NCBI GenBank assembly: GCA_002684935.1
Contig: NYWC01000113.1
Location: 1-36,954, forward strand
Length of the DNA stretch: 36,954 bases
Source: Gammaproteobacteria bacterium
Lineage (GTDB): Bacteria; Pseudomonadota; Gammaproteobacteria; Pseudomonadales; Pseudohongiellaceae
Reading direction: 5' to 3'
Shown here: piece by piece, positions 1 through 6,851 of the stretch
Numbering within the stretch: position 1 is the stretch's first letter
How the letters are laid out: each line of letters opens with the position of its first letter
Translations under genes and position numbers: made by a program
The notes under the pieces: model-generated
Told to the model about the DNA's origin: nothing
Database searches by the model: none
What the model saw: the letters and a program-made list of their open reading frames with translations, nothing else

Positions 1-707
1 TGGCTGCAAGCTGGTCAGAGAAGGCTTACAACCAGAAGAATAAGGACGCCATAAAGATAGAAAACAAGATCACAGGAGCCACGGCTTTTGTAATCAAGCG
101 CAAAAGCATAGATGTTATTGCTTTTCGAGGTACTGAGAAAAAGCTAAACGACATCATAACTGACCTGACTGCTATCCCGGTTCCGTATGCCGGAAGGATG
201 TGCCACGCAGGTTTCGTTCTACAACACGCTTCTATCTGGAAAGAGATCAAGAAGCACATTGACCCAAAAAAGCGAACGATGTTTACAGGCCACAGTCTAG
301 GAGGTGCGCTCGCAGAGATGTCTGCCTCCAAGATGAACGGCAAGCACGACAATATCAATCTCATCACATTCGGTAAGCCGAACACGTTTTTTAAAGGCTT
401 TAAGAGGCCGATGAAGCTCGACAATCAGATATCCTGCGTAAACGGCAGTGATATGGTTGCACGAGTCCCACGGCTGCTCTACGGGCCTTCTAAGTCGCAG
501 ACAATGCTATACTTTAGCAATACAGGCCCAGACTATATAAATCCCAGCAAGGACACTAGAAGAGCTGACAGAGGCGGCGTGGCGGATAGAGTCGCTGACC
601 ACAGCATGAACGATTACAAGAAAAGGCTAAAAGAGTATCTTGATTCTCAAGAGAAGGTAAAGCCTATAAACCAAGAAGCTGCTAGGCAACTGGAGAAAAT
701 GAAATGA
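1..707 (+). CDS. Class-3 lipase/esterase, 5'-truncated by the window edge (full copy at 34268..35002)
   Basis: In frame with the full copy. Carries the GHSLGG nucleophile elbow, the GSDMVARVP Asp motif and the ADHSMNDY His motif. Confidence 0.7.
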   Translation, partial: AASWSEKAYNQKNKDAIKIENKITGATAFVIKRKSIDVIAFRGTEKKLNDIITDLTAIPVPYAGRMCHAGFVLQHASIWKEIKKHIDPKKRTMFTGHSLGGALAEMSASKMNGKHDNINLITFGKPNTFFKGFKRPMKLDNQISCVNGSDMVARVPRLLYGPSKSQTMLYFSNTGPDYINPSKDTRRADRGGVADRVADHSMNDYKKRLKEYLDSQEKVKPINQEAARQLEKMK

Positions 708-907
708 GACTGATCGGTTTATTGTTTGTTTTTACGTTATCAAGCTGCACATCTGTTGAACAAGTTATTGCTAACAAAGAAATATACTGCTCTTCCTTTT
801 ACAAAGGTGTTCGGGCAGTGGGCAGAGGAGCGCTTTCTGCTACGGCTGGCGTTATTGTTCCTGACGTTTGCGACACAATTGACACTATTGTGGAAACTGT
901 CGAATGA
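704..907 (+). CDS. Small lipoprotein (o-spanin or exclusion-lipoprotein candidate)
   Basis: MRLIGLLFVFTLSSC is a signal peptide plus lipobox L-S-S-C. Its start overlaps the lipase stop as ATGA. The mature part is about 52 aa with 2 further Cys. Confidence 0.6.
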   Translation: MRLIGLLFVFTLSSCTSVEQVIANKEIYCSSFYKGVRAVGRGALSATAGVIVPDVCDTIDTIVETVE

Positions 908-1371
908 AATTAGGCGGCTTGCTAAAGTCCCTTGCTCCGACTATAGCTAGTGCTGCAGGCGGTCCGATGGCAGGAATGGCTGTAAAGATGGCTGCATCTA
1001 AACTAGGCTTGCCTGAAACTGCAACTGCTAATGAAATCGAGGATTTAATAGAGCGCGAACCTGACAAAGCGGTTCTTGTAAAACAAGCAGATCAAGATTT
1101 TAAAACAAAGATCCGAGAAATGGAGATAGACCTTGAGTCATTTAAGACTGAGGTTGAGGACAGGAAGGATGCTAGGACTAAGTTTGCAAGCGATGTTACG
1201 CCTAAAGTCTTTTGCATTCTTGCTCTTATTTTGTACGGAGCTTATGTAATGACCGTGACTATTCTGCCTCATGATCAAAATGATGAGACCATAATCTCAC
1301 TCGTGCTGGGCCAGCTATCAGGAATACTGGGAACCTGCGCGGCGTTCTTCTATGGAGGCTCTCAGAAGTGA
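904..1371 (+). CDS. Putative holin (amphipathic/charged N-terminal half, two C-terminal TMDs)
   Basis: Hydrophobic segments VFCILALILYGAYVMTVTIL and IISLVLGQLSGILGTCAAFFYG. Sits directly upstream of the lysozyme, with an ATGA overlap upstream and a GTGA overlap downstream. Confidence 0.5.
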   Translation: MKLGGLLKSLAPTIASAAGGPMAGMAVKMAASKLGLPETATANEIEDLIEREPDKAVLVKQADQDFKTKIREMEIDLESFKTEVEDRKDARTKFASDVTPKVFCILALILYGAYVMTVTILPHDQNDETIISLVLGQLSGILGTCAAFFYGGSQK

Positions 1372-1799
1372 ATAAGATGGATAAGCTAATTGAACAACTA
1401 AAGCGCCACGAGGGCGTAGAGACTCACGCTTACAAATGCTCAAGCGGTAAGCTGACTATTGGCGTTGGTAGAAATATTGATCCAGAGGGCGGCATAGGGC
1501 TGGCAATGGAAGAGATAGAATACCTGCTGTCCAATGACATCCTTCGATGTATAAAAGAGCTTAGCGCTGAGTATCCGTGGTTTGGTCAACTAGATGAAAC
1601 TCGTCAGGAGGCAATCATCAATATCTTCCTGAATCTGGGTGCGACAAGGTTCCGGCTTTTTAAGCGAGCATTAGCCGCGATGGAAGAGGGTAATTACGAT
1701 GAGGCTAGCACTGAGTTTCTTGATAGCCGATGGGCAAAGCAGGTAGGCGGTAGAGCGTTAGAGCTTACCGATATCATAAGGTCAGGCGAGTATGTATGA
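1368..1799 (+). CDS. Endolysin, T4/P22-type lysozyme (GH24)
   Basis: LKRHEGVETHAYKCSSGKLTIGVGRNI matches the GH24 EG...AY.D..G..TIGxG signature, with Cys at the usual Asp position. GGAGG lies 10 nt upstream of the GTG start. Confidence 0.85.
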   Translation: MNKMDKLIEQLKRHEGVETHAYKCSSGKLTIGVGRNIDPEGGIGLAMEEIEYLLSNDILRCIKELSAEYPWFGQLDETRQEAIINIFLNLGATRFRLFKRALAAMEEGNYDEASTEFLDSRWAKQVGGRALELTDIIRSGEYV

Positions 1800-2190
1800 T
1801 CCTTATATTTACGTTTGTGAGATAGTGAAGGTTGTTGATGGAGACACTATTGATGTTAATGTTGATTTGGGTTGGTCTGTTAGTGTGCGTAAGCAGCGCA
1901 TTCGTTTGTATGGTATTGACGCTCCCGAGTCTCGCACTAGAGATTTGGAAGAAAAACAATTCGGCAAAGCCTCTAAGAAGTTTGTCAAAGACTTTCTGAA
2001 CAGCGATCACATACTTCTCAAGACGAGAGAGAAAGGCAAGTACGGCAGATATTTAGGTGATTTCTGCGTAGATGATAAATGGCTCTGCGATGAGATGATA
2101 CAAGCTCACCACGCTGTCCCATATTACGGGCAGAACAAAGCTGATATAGCAGCCGCACACATCCGCAACAGAGCCTTAGTGAAGCTCTGA
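1792..2190 (+). CDS. Staphylococcal-nuclease-like (SNase/thermonuclease fold) nuclease
   Basis: VVDGDTIDV ... RIRLYGIDAPE ... GKYGRYLGD are the classic SNase motifs. Overlaps the lysozyme stop by 8 nt. Confidence 0.75.
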   Translation: MYDPYIYVCEIVKVVDGDTIDVNVDLGWSVSVRKQRIRLYGIDAPESRTRDLEEKQFGKASKKFVKDFLNSDHILLKTREKGKYGRYLGDFCVDDKWLCDEMIQAHHAVPYYGQNKADIAAAHIRNRALVKL

Positions 2191-2394
2191 GCCGTAGCGG
2201 TCACTCTCTTCCATATACCTAAAGAACTCTTTGCTCCGAGCTTCATCACCAAAAACAAAATCTTCAAGATGTCCAAGGTTCCAAGCAAGCGTGGCGATGT
2301 AGTTGAGGTCACGGCTGTTAAAGTTTTCAGCAGCTTTCTTCAGCCATTCTTCGCAGTCTTCTGGATTCTTCAAAATAAAACTTATGCCTTCCAT
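2176..2394 (-). CDS. Hypothetical protein (72 aa), last gene of the leftward operon
   Basis: ORF coupled by a 13-nt overlap to the upstream minus-strand gene. No recognisable motif. Confidence 0.55.
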   Translation of the reverse strand: MEGISFILKNPEDCEEWLKKAAENFNSRDLNYIATLAWNLGHLEDFVFGDEARSKEFFRYMEESDRYGSELH

Positions 2395-2888
2395 TTTGCG
2401 ATCTCTTCGATATCTTTTAAATAACGGTATCCTAACAGCCTAGCGTCTGATTTTATTGGCCTAGTCTTAACTATTTCTCCGGCGGCGTAATCCTTTCCTT
2501 TTTTTGTGGTCCAAAACCATTCTTTGCTGCAGTAGCCCATAACAGCAATTTCTTCTTTGTCTATGTCAACGCAGCAAAAAATGTAAACATCACACTTTTG
2601 ATGGTCTCGGAGATACGCCGTAACCAATCCGTTACCTGCTTCTCGCTTTCCGTACTTCGACGCTCGACTACTTTTAACGTCAAATCTAAGACCCTTCACA
2701 ATTAGATCGTAATCTTTGGAATCGGAAAAATCAAAAGAGATGCCGAGTCCATCTAATACCTGACAGGTAGCTAGCTCGCCAAGAGTGCCTGTTATCTTGC
2801 TGTTACTATTTACGCTTTGATGATTTAGCGTTTCAGGCTCGCCGTAGGCAATGTCTAACCAGTTGGGATCAATCTTCAGTATTATCAT
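2382..2888 (-). CDS. Putative PD-(D/E)xK-fold nuclease
   Basis: GTLGE ... DYDLIV ... FDVKS fits an E / D / (D/E)xK arrangement. Lies in the recombination operon. Confidence 0.4.
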   Translation of the reverse strand: MIILKIDPNWLDIAYGEPETLNHQSVNSNSKITGTLGELATCQVLDGLGISFDFSDSKDYDLIVKGLRFDVKSSRASKYGKREAGNGLVTAYLRDHQKCDVYIFCCVDIDKEEIAVMGYCSKEWFWTTKKGKDYAAGEIVKTRPIKSDARLLGYRYLKDIEEIAKWKA

Positions 2889-3288
2889 TCACAGGCCACG
2901 GAACGTGGATGCCGAACTTTTCGCCAAGGTATTTATTCAAAACTTCATACGTTTTAATGTAGTCTACTTTGTTTACCTTTGCGCTTGATTCTTCACCCGT
3001 CTGAGCCTTCTGCACGGGTTTCCACAAGTAGCTTTTAACAGCCTCACGGTTCCATTCGATCTCTGGATGATGCTCAAGCAGAACTCGTACATCTAAATGG
3101 CGTTCGTTCAGCTCAGCGGCTATCTGTTCGCACCATAAATGAAGTGCAGAGTTTTGCCTGATGCTCCGCTGCTTACCTGTCTTGCAGGTTATGACCAGAT
3201 ATCGGTCCTTTTGCCAAGCCTCTTCGATATGCTTCTTAACATTTTCTAGCTTATGCTCAGTGTTTACGATCCACAACTCACCCGTCAT
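2869..3288 (-). CDS. NinB/Orf-like recombination mediator
   Basis: KQRSIRQNSALHLWCEQIA resembles the lambda NinB RSLDQNRKLWACL core. Size is 139 aa and the context is a nin-type module. Confidence 0.5.
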   Translation of the reverse strand: MTGELWIVNTEHKLENVKKHIEEAWQKDRYLVITCKTGKQRSIRQNSALHLWCEQIAAELNERHLDVRVLLEHHPEIEWNREAVKSYLWKPVQKAQTGEESSAKVNKVDYIKTYEVLNKYLGEKFGIHVPWPVNDNTED

Positions 3289-3297
3289 TTGAGTCTC

Positions 3298-3723
3298 CTA
3301 GTATTCAATGATGTCTATAAAACCAACCGCACCAGCATCTCTGACAGCCTTGATGCGCTTGTACTCCTCACGGTAGTGCCGTGCCACATCCTTCTTGTTC
3401 TTGTTGATGGTCTTAGCTAGGCCGATGTCGTTGCGTTTCTCACGCAGTATCTCAAGCATCGCCTCTCCTACCTTGTTGACCATCCATTTGTGAAAGTCAT
3501 CCGGGTTGCCGCCGAGTTTCTGATGGCATCCGAAGCAATGAGCAAAAACATTGTCAGGGCAATATCTTATAGCCTTGTGCCGCCGAGAGAAGTAGTGCGA
3601 GGCGTGGAGCGCAGAGCTGTTCTCCTCGTACTTCTTCCCGCAGCATTCACAAGTCCAATCAGCAGCCTCTCGGACGCACTTGGAAAACCATCTATCTTCT
3701 GGCTTGATGGTTATCTTAGGCAT
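3298..3723 (-). CDS. NinG/Rap-like Cys/His-rich endonuclease
   Basis: CECCG ... HASHYFSRR ... HCFGCHQKLGGN parallels the lambda NinG CISCG...AGHY...QCVVCNQHKSGN pattern. Confidence 0.45.
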   Translation of the reverse strand: MPKITIKPEDRWFSKCVREAADWTCECCGKKYEENSSALHASHYFSRRHKAIRYCPDNVFAHCFGCHQKLGGNPDDFHKWMVNKVGEAMLEILREKRNDIGLAKTINKNKKDVARHYREEYKRIKAVRDAGAVGFIDIIEY

Positions 3724-3946
3724 CAGACTTCCTCACCTTTACAATATGAAAGCCGCCATTGGTGACCTGCTGAACGTCAAAGGTAATATCCTTGCCGCGC
3801 AGCCAGCCTTTGATTGACCAGTAAGCTCTCCGCATTTCATCGTAATCCTCAAACTCGATGGCCTGCGAGTAGCCCATCTCAACAAACGCTTTTACTGCTT
3901 CGTTTTTGATCTGTCGCTCAGCTTTCTCAAATTCGACAACTTTCAT
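3716..3946 (-). CDS. Hypothetical protein (76 aa)
   Basis: ORF in a tight operon, with an 8-nt overlap downstream and a 1-nt overlap upstream. Confidence 0.55.
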   Translation of the reverse strand: MKVVEFEKAERQIKNEAVKAFVEMGYSQAIEFEDYDEMRRAYWSIKGWLRGKDITFDVQQVTNGGFHIVKVRKSDA

Positions 3947-4248
3947 CAGAACGGTACATCCTCAGCTAATTTAATTGTTGCGTCTGGACCGCTGGCAGGA
4001 TTAGGCGCTTCGCTCGCAATCTTTTCCCATTTCAAGGAAATAAATTTAGCACCAGTTTTACTGTTGGTATTTACCCAGCCTTTCAACTCATACCCGTATT
4101 GTGTCTTTTTTATCTGACCGGAATTTACAGCCTCAAACAGAGCCTTCATGTCATCCTCCGAAATGCTGGCGTAATACTGATCATCCTCAAACTTAGACTT
4201 ATTAATGCCCATCAACTGGACCCATTCTTTTGGCTTGTAACTATCCAT
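3946..4248 (-). CDS. Small protein with an SSB-like C-terminal tip (…LAEDVPF)
   Basis: Sits between the exonuclease and downstream genes. The C-terminus, an acidic residue followed by VPF, resembles the bacterial SSB D-I-P-F tip. Confidence 0.4.
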   Translation of the reverse strand: MDSYKPKEWVQLMGINKSKFEDDQYYASISEDDMKALFEAVNSGQIKKTQYGYELKGWVNTNSKTGAKFISLKWEKIASEAPNPASGPDATIKLAEDVPF

Positions 4249-4840
4249 CTATCAATCTCCTTGTTTGTTTATCTGCTAATTGTGCGGCCTCGATAATTAT
4301 CTTGGACGCTTTGTCGATCCATTCATCATCACGTTCTACTTTTAGTTTAAAATCATGATGATCTGGGTTGTAAGAGTAAAACCAGTAATAATCCAAGCCA
4401 AGCACCCACATAGTGCCTTGTACTTGCTGGAAATACTCGCTAGGAAGGCCGCCATCAAGCCTGTAACCTGTATGAGTATGACGCTCTGGGCATTTGATTT
4501 CGATGCCTGTATCGGCCCACAGGCCGTCTGGCGAGCACCCTACATCGTGATCGTCCAAAGCAATCATGCCAACCTGCTTAATCTCTATGTTGTGCAGCAG
4601 CTCAAATTTGCTTCGAGCTTCATCCTCTCGCTCAGTGCCTGTCTCCATTGATTTAGATTTGTAAGTTTCAATGGGTATAGGAACTTCGCGCTCAGCGACA
4701 ACTTTATTCAGGTAGGTTTTGGCTGACCGACTTTTAGTGCCTGTCGTTGTAACTAAAAGTTTGAAGTTAGACGCAGTGATGAACCCGCATCTGCTTCTCA
4801 GCCATTCATCGCTGCCTTGCTCGTGATAGAAATATCTCAT
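4241..4840 (-). CDS. YqaJ-type (lambda Exo-like) recombination exonuclease
   Basis: GSDEWLRSRCGFITASNFKLL is the YqaJ N-terminal signature. Adjacent to the annealase. Confidence 0.85.
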   Translation of the reverse strand: MRYFYHEQGSDEWLRSRCGFITASNFKLLVTTTGTKSRSAKTYLNKVVAEREVPIPIETYKSKSMETGTEREDEARSKFELLHNIEIKQVGMIALDDHDVGCSPDGLWADTGIEIKCPERHTHTGYRLDGGLPSEYFQQVQGTMWVLGLDYYWFYSYNPDHHDFKLKVERDDEWIDKASKIIIEAAQLADKQTRRLIDG

Positions 4841-5400
4841 AGGAATGAGTCCTGCTGAGATACTTGCTCTCGCTCTTTGAGAATCTTCCTAAGCTGGCTT
4901 ATCTGCTTGTCGCTTAGGTTCCAATTGTCAGCCTTCACAGACCGCAGGCAGGTCACCAGATTCATGCCAGCCTTCTCGCAGTCAGCCTTGATGCTGTCTA
5001 TCTTTCCGGTCTCAGCAGGTTCTTCTTCGTGCTGCGCGTCATTGTCGTTCTCAGGATCGCCCAGAGCGAACAGGCCCATCAGGCAGTAGCGCTTGGCGTA
5101 GGTATAGCCAGTGCCACAGCCTTGCTCTGTCTTCTTTACCTTATCGACTAGCGTGAGCTGGGAGTGTGACTGACCGCTCTTCAGATGGATCAAAGTAATA
5201 GTGCAGCCTACCTGATCCTCGGCGTTGACATCAGTGAAGTAGTACACAATATCATCACCGAAACAGTCTCTGGCAGCATCGTTCAGAACCGCTACAGACC
5301 AGTATTTCTGCTTGGTATGCTTATTAGTTTGGTCTTTTTCTGGTGTGACAAAATTGCCTCTGCATTTGGCAAAGGACTTCCAAAACTCAATGTTTTCCAT
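4837..5400 (-). CDS. erf: ERF-family single-strand annealing protein
   Basis: GTGYTYAKRYCLMGLFALGDPENDND closely parallels the P22 Erf SSYARKYCLNGLFGIDD core. First gene of the leftward operon. Confidence 0.8.
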   Translation of the reverse strand: MENIEFWKSFAKCRGNFVTPEKDQTNKHTKQKYWSVAVLNDAARDCFGDDIVYYFTDVNAEDQVGCTITLIHLKSGQSHSQLTLVDKVKKTEQGCGTGYTYAKRYCLMGLFALGDPENDNDAQHEEEPAETGKIDSIKADCEKAGMNLVTCLRSVKADNWNLSDKQISQLRKILKEREQVSQQDSFL

Positions 5401-5434
5401 AGATTTTTCCCGTCAAGGTGTAAAAGGAAAGGCG

Positions 5435-5463
5435 AGTGTAGTTGAGTGTGACAGGCGTGTCAA
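5435..5463 (-). promoter_or_regulatory. Leftward early promoter (TTGACA-N17-TACACT)
   Basis: The reverse complement of 5458..5463 is TTGACA. A 17-nt spacer follows, and the reverse complement of 5435..5440 is TACACT. It lies about 35 nt upstream of the erf ATG. Confidence 0.65.
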
Positions 5464-5589
5464 CAGGTGAAGAGGAGTGCGATCAGCCGGACACAGGATA
5501 TGGACACATAGAGGACAATCCGCTTGCTGACGGGTGCAAGGTGCTATTTGTTAACACGATGACCGCACAACACAATGTTAACACAAAGT

Positions 5590-5640
5590 CACGGACAAAT
5601 TCGCAAAAAAAAAATGCGTTTTTGTCCGTGCATTATTTTT
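5590..5640 (+). other. Long imperfect hairpin with an A9 loop, followed by a T-rich tract (terminator-like or regulatory)
   Basis: CACGGACAAA (5590-5599) pairs with TTTGTCCGTG (5621-5630). An inner CGCA/TGCG stem pairs 5602-5605 with 5615-5618. CATTATTTTT follows. Confidence 0.6.
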
Positions 5641-5942
5641 GGGTTTAGATTATGCTCGCAAGACGGTGTGGTAAATCCTGACCGAAACTCAGTGATTATG
5701 CTCACGATGAGCTGATAACTTGGAACACGATACTTTAACGGCTTTTAGAGGCGGCCGCGCCAGATCAGCGAAGAGATGGCGGCAAACAGGTTTTGTGGAC
5801 ACGAAGGAGGCTAGACGCGGCTACCACGGATTGGTGAAGGCGTTCCTGCAATTTTGAAGTATCGTACTACGCTCTGAATATGACCACAGGTGTCCCAAAG
5901 CCTCTAAATGACATTTTCGCCTAGAAAAGTGTAAAAGATGTG

Positions 5943-5970
5943 TTGACGAGGTGTAATATATAGGTATAAT
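5943..5970 (+). promoter_or_regulatory. Rightward early promoter (TTGACG-N16-TATAAT)
   Basis: -35 at 5943-5948 and a perfect -10 at 5965-5970. About 47 nt upstream of the first rightward ATG. Confidence 0.75.
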
Positions 5971-6016
5971 AGAATCATTGAGAGGCATGGTGCAGCTCAC
6001 AAACGGAGAAAAACGA

Positions 6017-6271
6017 ATGACAACTTATTATGTGATCGCTGAAAGGTACATCAACAGCAATACTGAAGAGCATGGATATGGTGATTACCCAGAGAGACGC
6101 TCTTACATTACTTTGCGAGTGCAAGCTGACACAAAACGCAAAGCGCAAAACAAAGCTAAGAAGATAGACCCAAGAATTTCTTTCAGTGGTATGTTTGGAA
6201 ACCAAATTTTAGAAACGCATGAAGTGCTTGAACGCACTTACATTGACCGCAATGGTTTAGAGATTAGTTAA
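6017..6271 (+). CDS. Hypothetical early protein (84 aa)
   Basis: The ATG is preceded by GGAGAAAAACGA. The track start at 5978 is an upstream alternative without an RBS. Confidence 0.65.
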   Translation: MTTYYVIAERYINSNTEEHGYGDYPERRSYITLRVQADTKRKAQNKAKKIDPRISFSGMFGNQILETHEVLERTYIDRNGLEIS

Positions 6272-6294
6272 TTATAAAAACCGGAGAAAAACGA

Positions 6295-6618
6295 ATGTTA
6301 GATGTCTTTACAACTTCAACTTATGAAGAAATCCGAAGAGCTACAGTTGATGGTTACGTTGACTTTGATGTGTTTGATCGACAATTGTTTGAGGACATTC
6401 GGGATCAGCTCACTCACCCAGATAACTCAGACGCTGCTCACAACGTGATGTATGAGGCTTTCGATCTTTGCGCTGACGCTGGAGAAATCACCAATGCTCT
6501 TATGTCATTCATGAATAGCGGTTCGCTGGACAGCGCTCAGTTTGCTCGCAAGATAATGCAGGAAGCTGTTGATAAAATGACCCGTGACGAAATTCAGAAG
6601 ATCGCGGAGGCTCAATAA
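6295..6618 (+). CDS. Acidic early protein (107 aa; 22 D/E vs 9 K/R)
   Basis: Has the same GGAGAAAAACGAATG initiation cassette. Composition was counted by hand. Confidence 0.7.
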   Translation: MLDVFTTSTYEEIRRATVDGYVDFDVFDRQLFEDIRDQLTHPDNSDAAHNVMYEAFDLCADAGEITNALMSFMNSGSLDSAQFARKIMQEAVDKMTRDEIQKIAEAQ

Positions 6619-6851
6619 TGAAGATAGTAAAAGAAAGCCTGTACGCAGCGGCCACCACAATTCTGTTTATGTTTATGCTCATAATGCTGTTAAACGGAAT
6701 ATTCTCGACAGATCCCTATTACAGCGATGCTTGTGAAGGACGCAAAGCGTGGGAAGCGACAGGGCATGACTATGTGGGCATTCCGGCAGGATCTGAGCAT
6801 TGCGAGCCGTGGAAGCCAACTTATAGATGCGGTAGCGCCTGTGTCAATTGA
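6618..6851 (+). CDS. Small membrane protein (one TMD, 4-Cys C-terminal domain)
   Basis: TAATG coupling to the upstream gene. TMD is AAATTILFMFMLIMLLNGIF. Confidence 0.5.
   Translation: MKIVKESLYAAATTILFMFMLIMLLNGIFSTDPYYSDACEGRKAWEATGHDYVGIPAGSEHCEPWKPTYRCGSACVN

Larger units (their letters stand above)
1..2659. repeat. Left copy of a 2,659-bp direct terminal repeat (same as 34296..36954); implies a unit genome of 34,295 bp
   Basis: Compared block by block with the right end. It is identical except 1691 T vs 35986 C, and every ORF in 1..2659 recurs at +34,295. Confidence 0.97.

Noticed and set aside
26-424. 132-aa minus-strand ORF (and its copy at 34321..34719) antisense to the lipase, plus other track ORFs nested in larger genes (726..950, 885..1067, 4355..4651, 11221..11685, 12913..13281, 22320..22736)
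   Set aside because: Each lies entirely within a longer ORF that has recognisable motifs or operon coupling. None has an RBS or a meaningful sequence.
1-2659. Terminal repeats as prophage att sites or LTR-like mobile-element ends
   Set aside because: The repeat is 2.66 kb of ordinary late and early coding sequence that continues seamlessly into unique sequence on both sides. No integrase or target-site features are present. It is a wrap-around of one genome.
5442-5648. 68-aa plus-strand ORF in the control region
   Set aside because: It starts at a non-ATG codon with no SD. It runs straight through the palindromes and the long hairpin. Its composition is odd and it lies between divergent promoters. 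Most likely a chance ORF.
5821-5988. 55-aa minus-strand ORF found by hand (MPLNDSIIPIYYTSSTHLL...)
   Set aside because: It overlaps the strong rightward promoter, has no SD, and its sequence is not protein-like. Judged spurious.
5401-5990. tRNA or other canonical RNA gene in the large intergenic region
   Set aside because: No cloverleaf-compatible acceptor/T-arm pattern or GTTCRANYC-type T-loop was seen by eye. Only the single long hairpin is reported.
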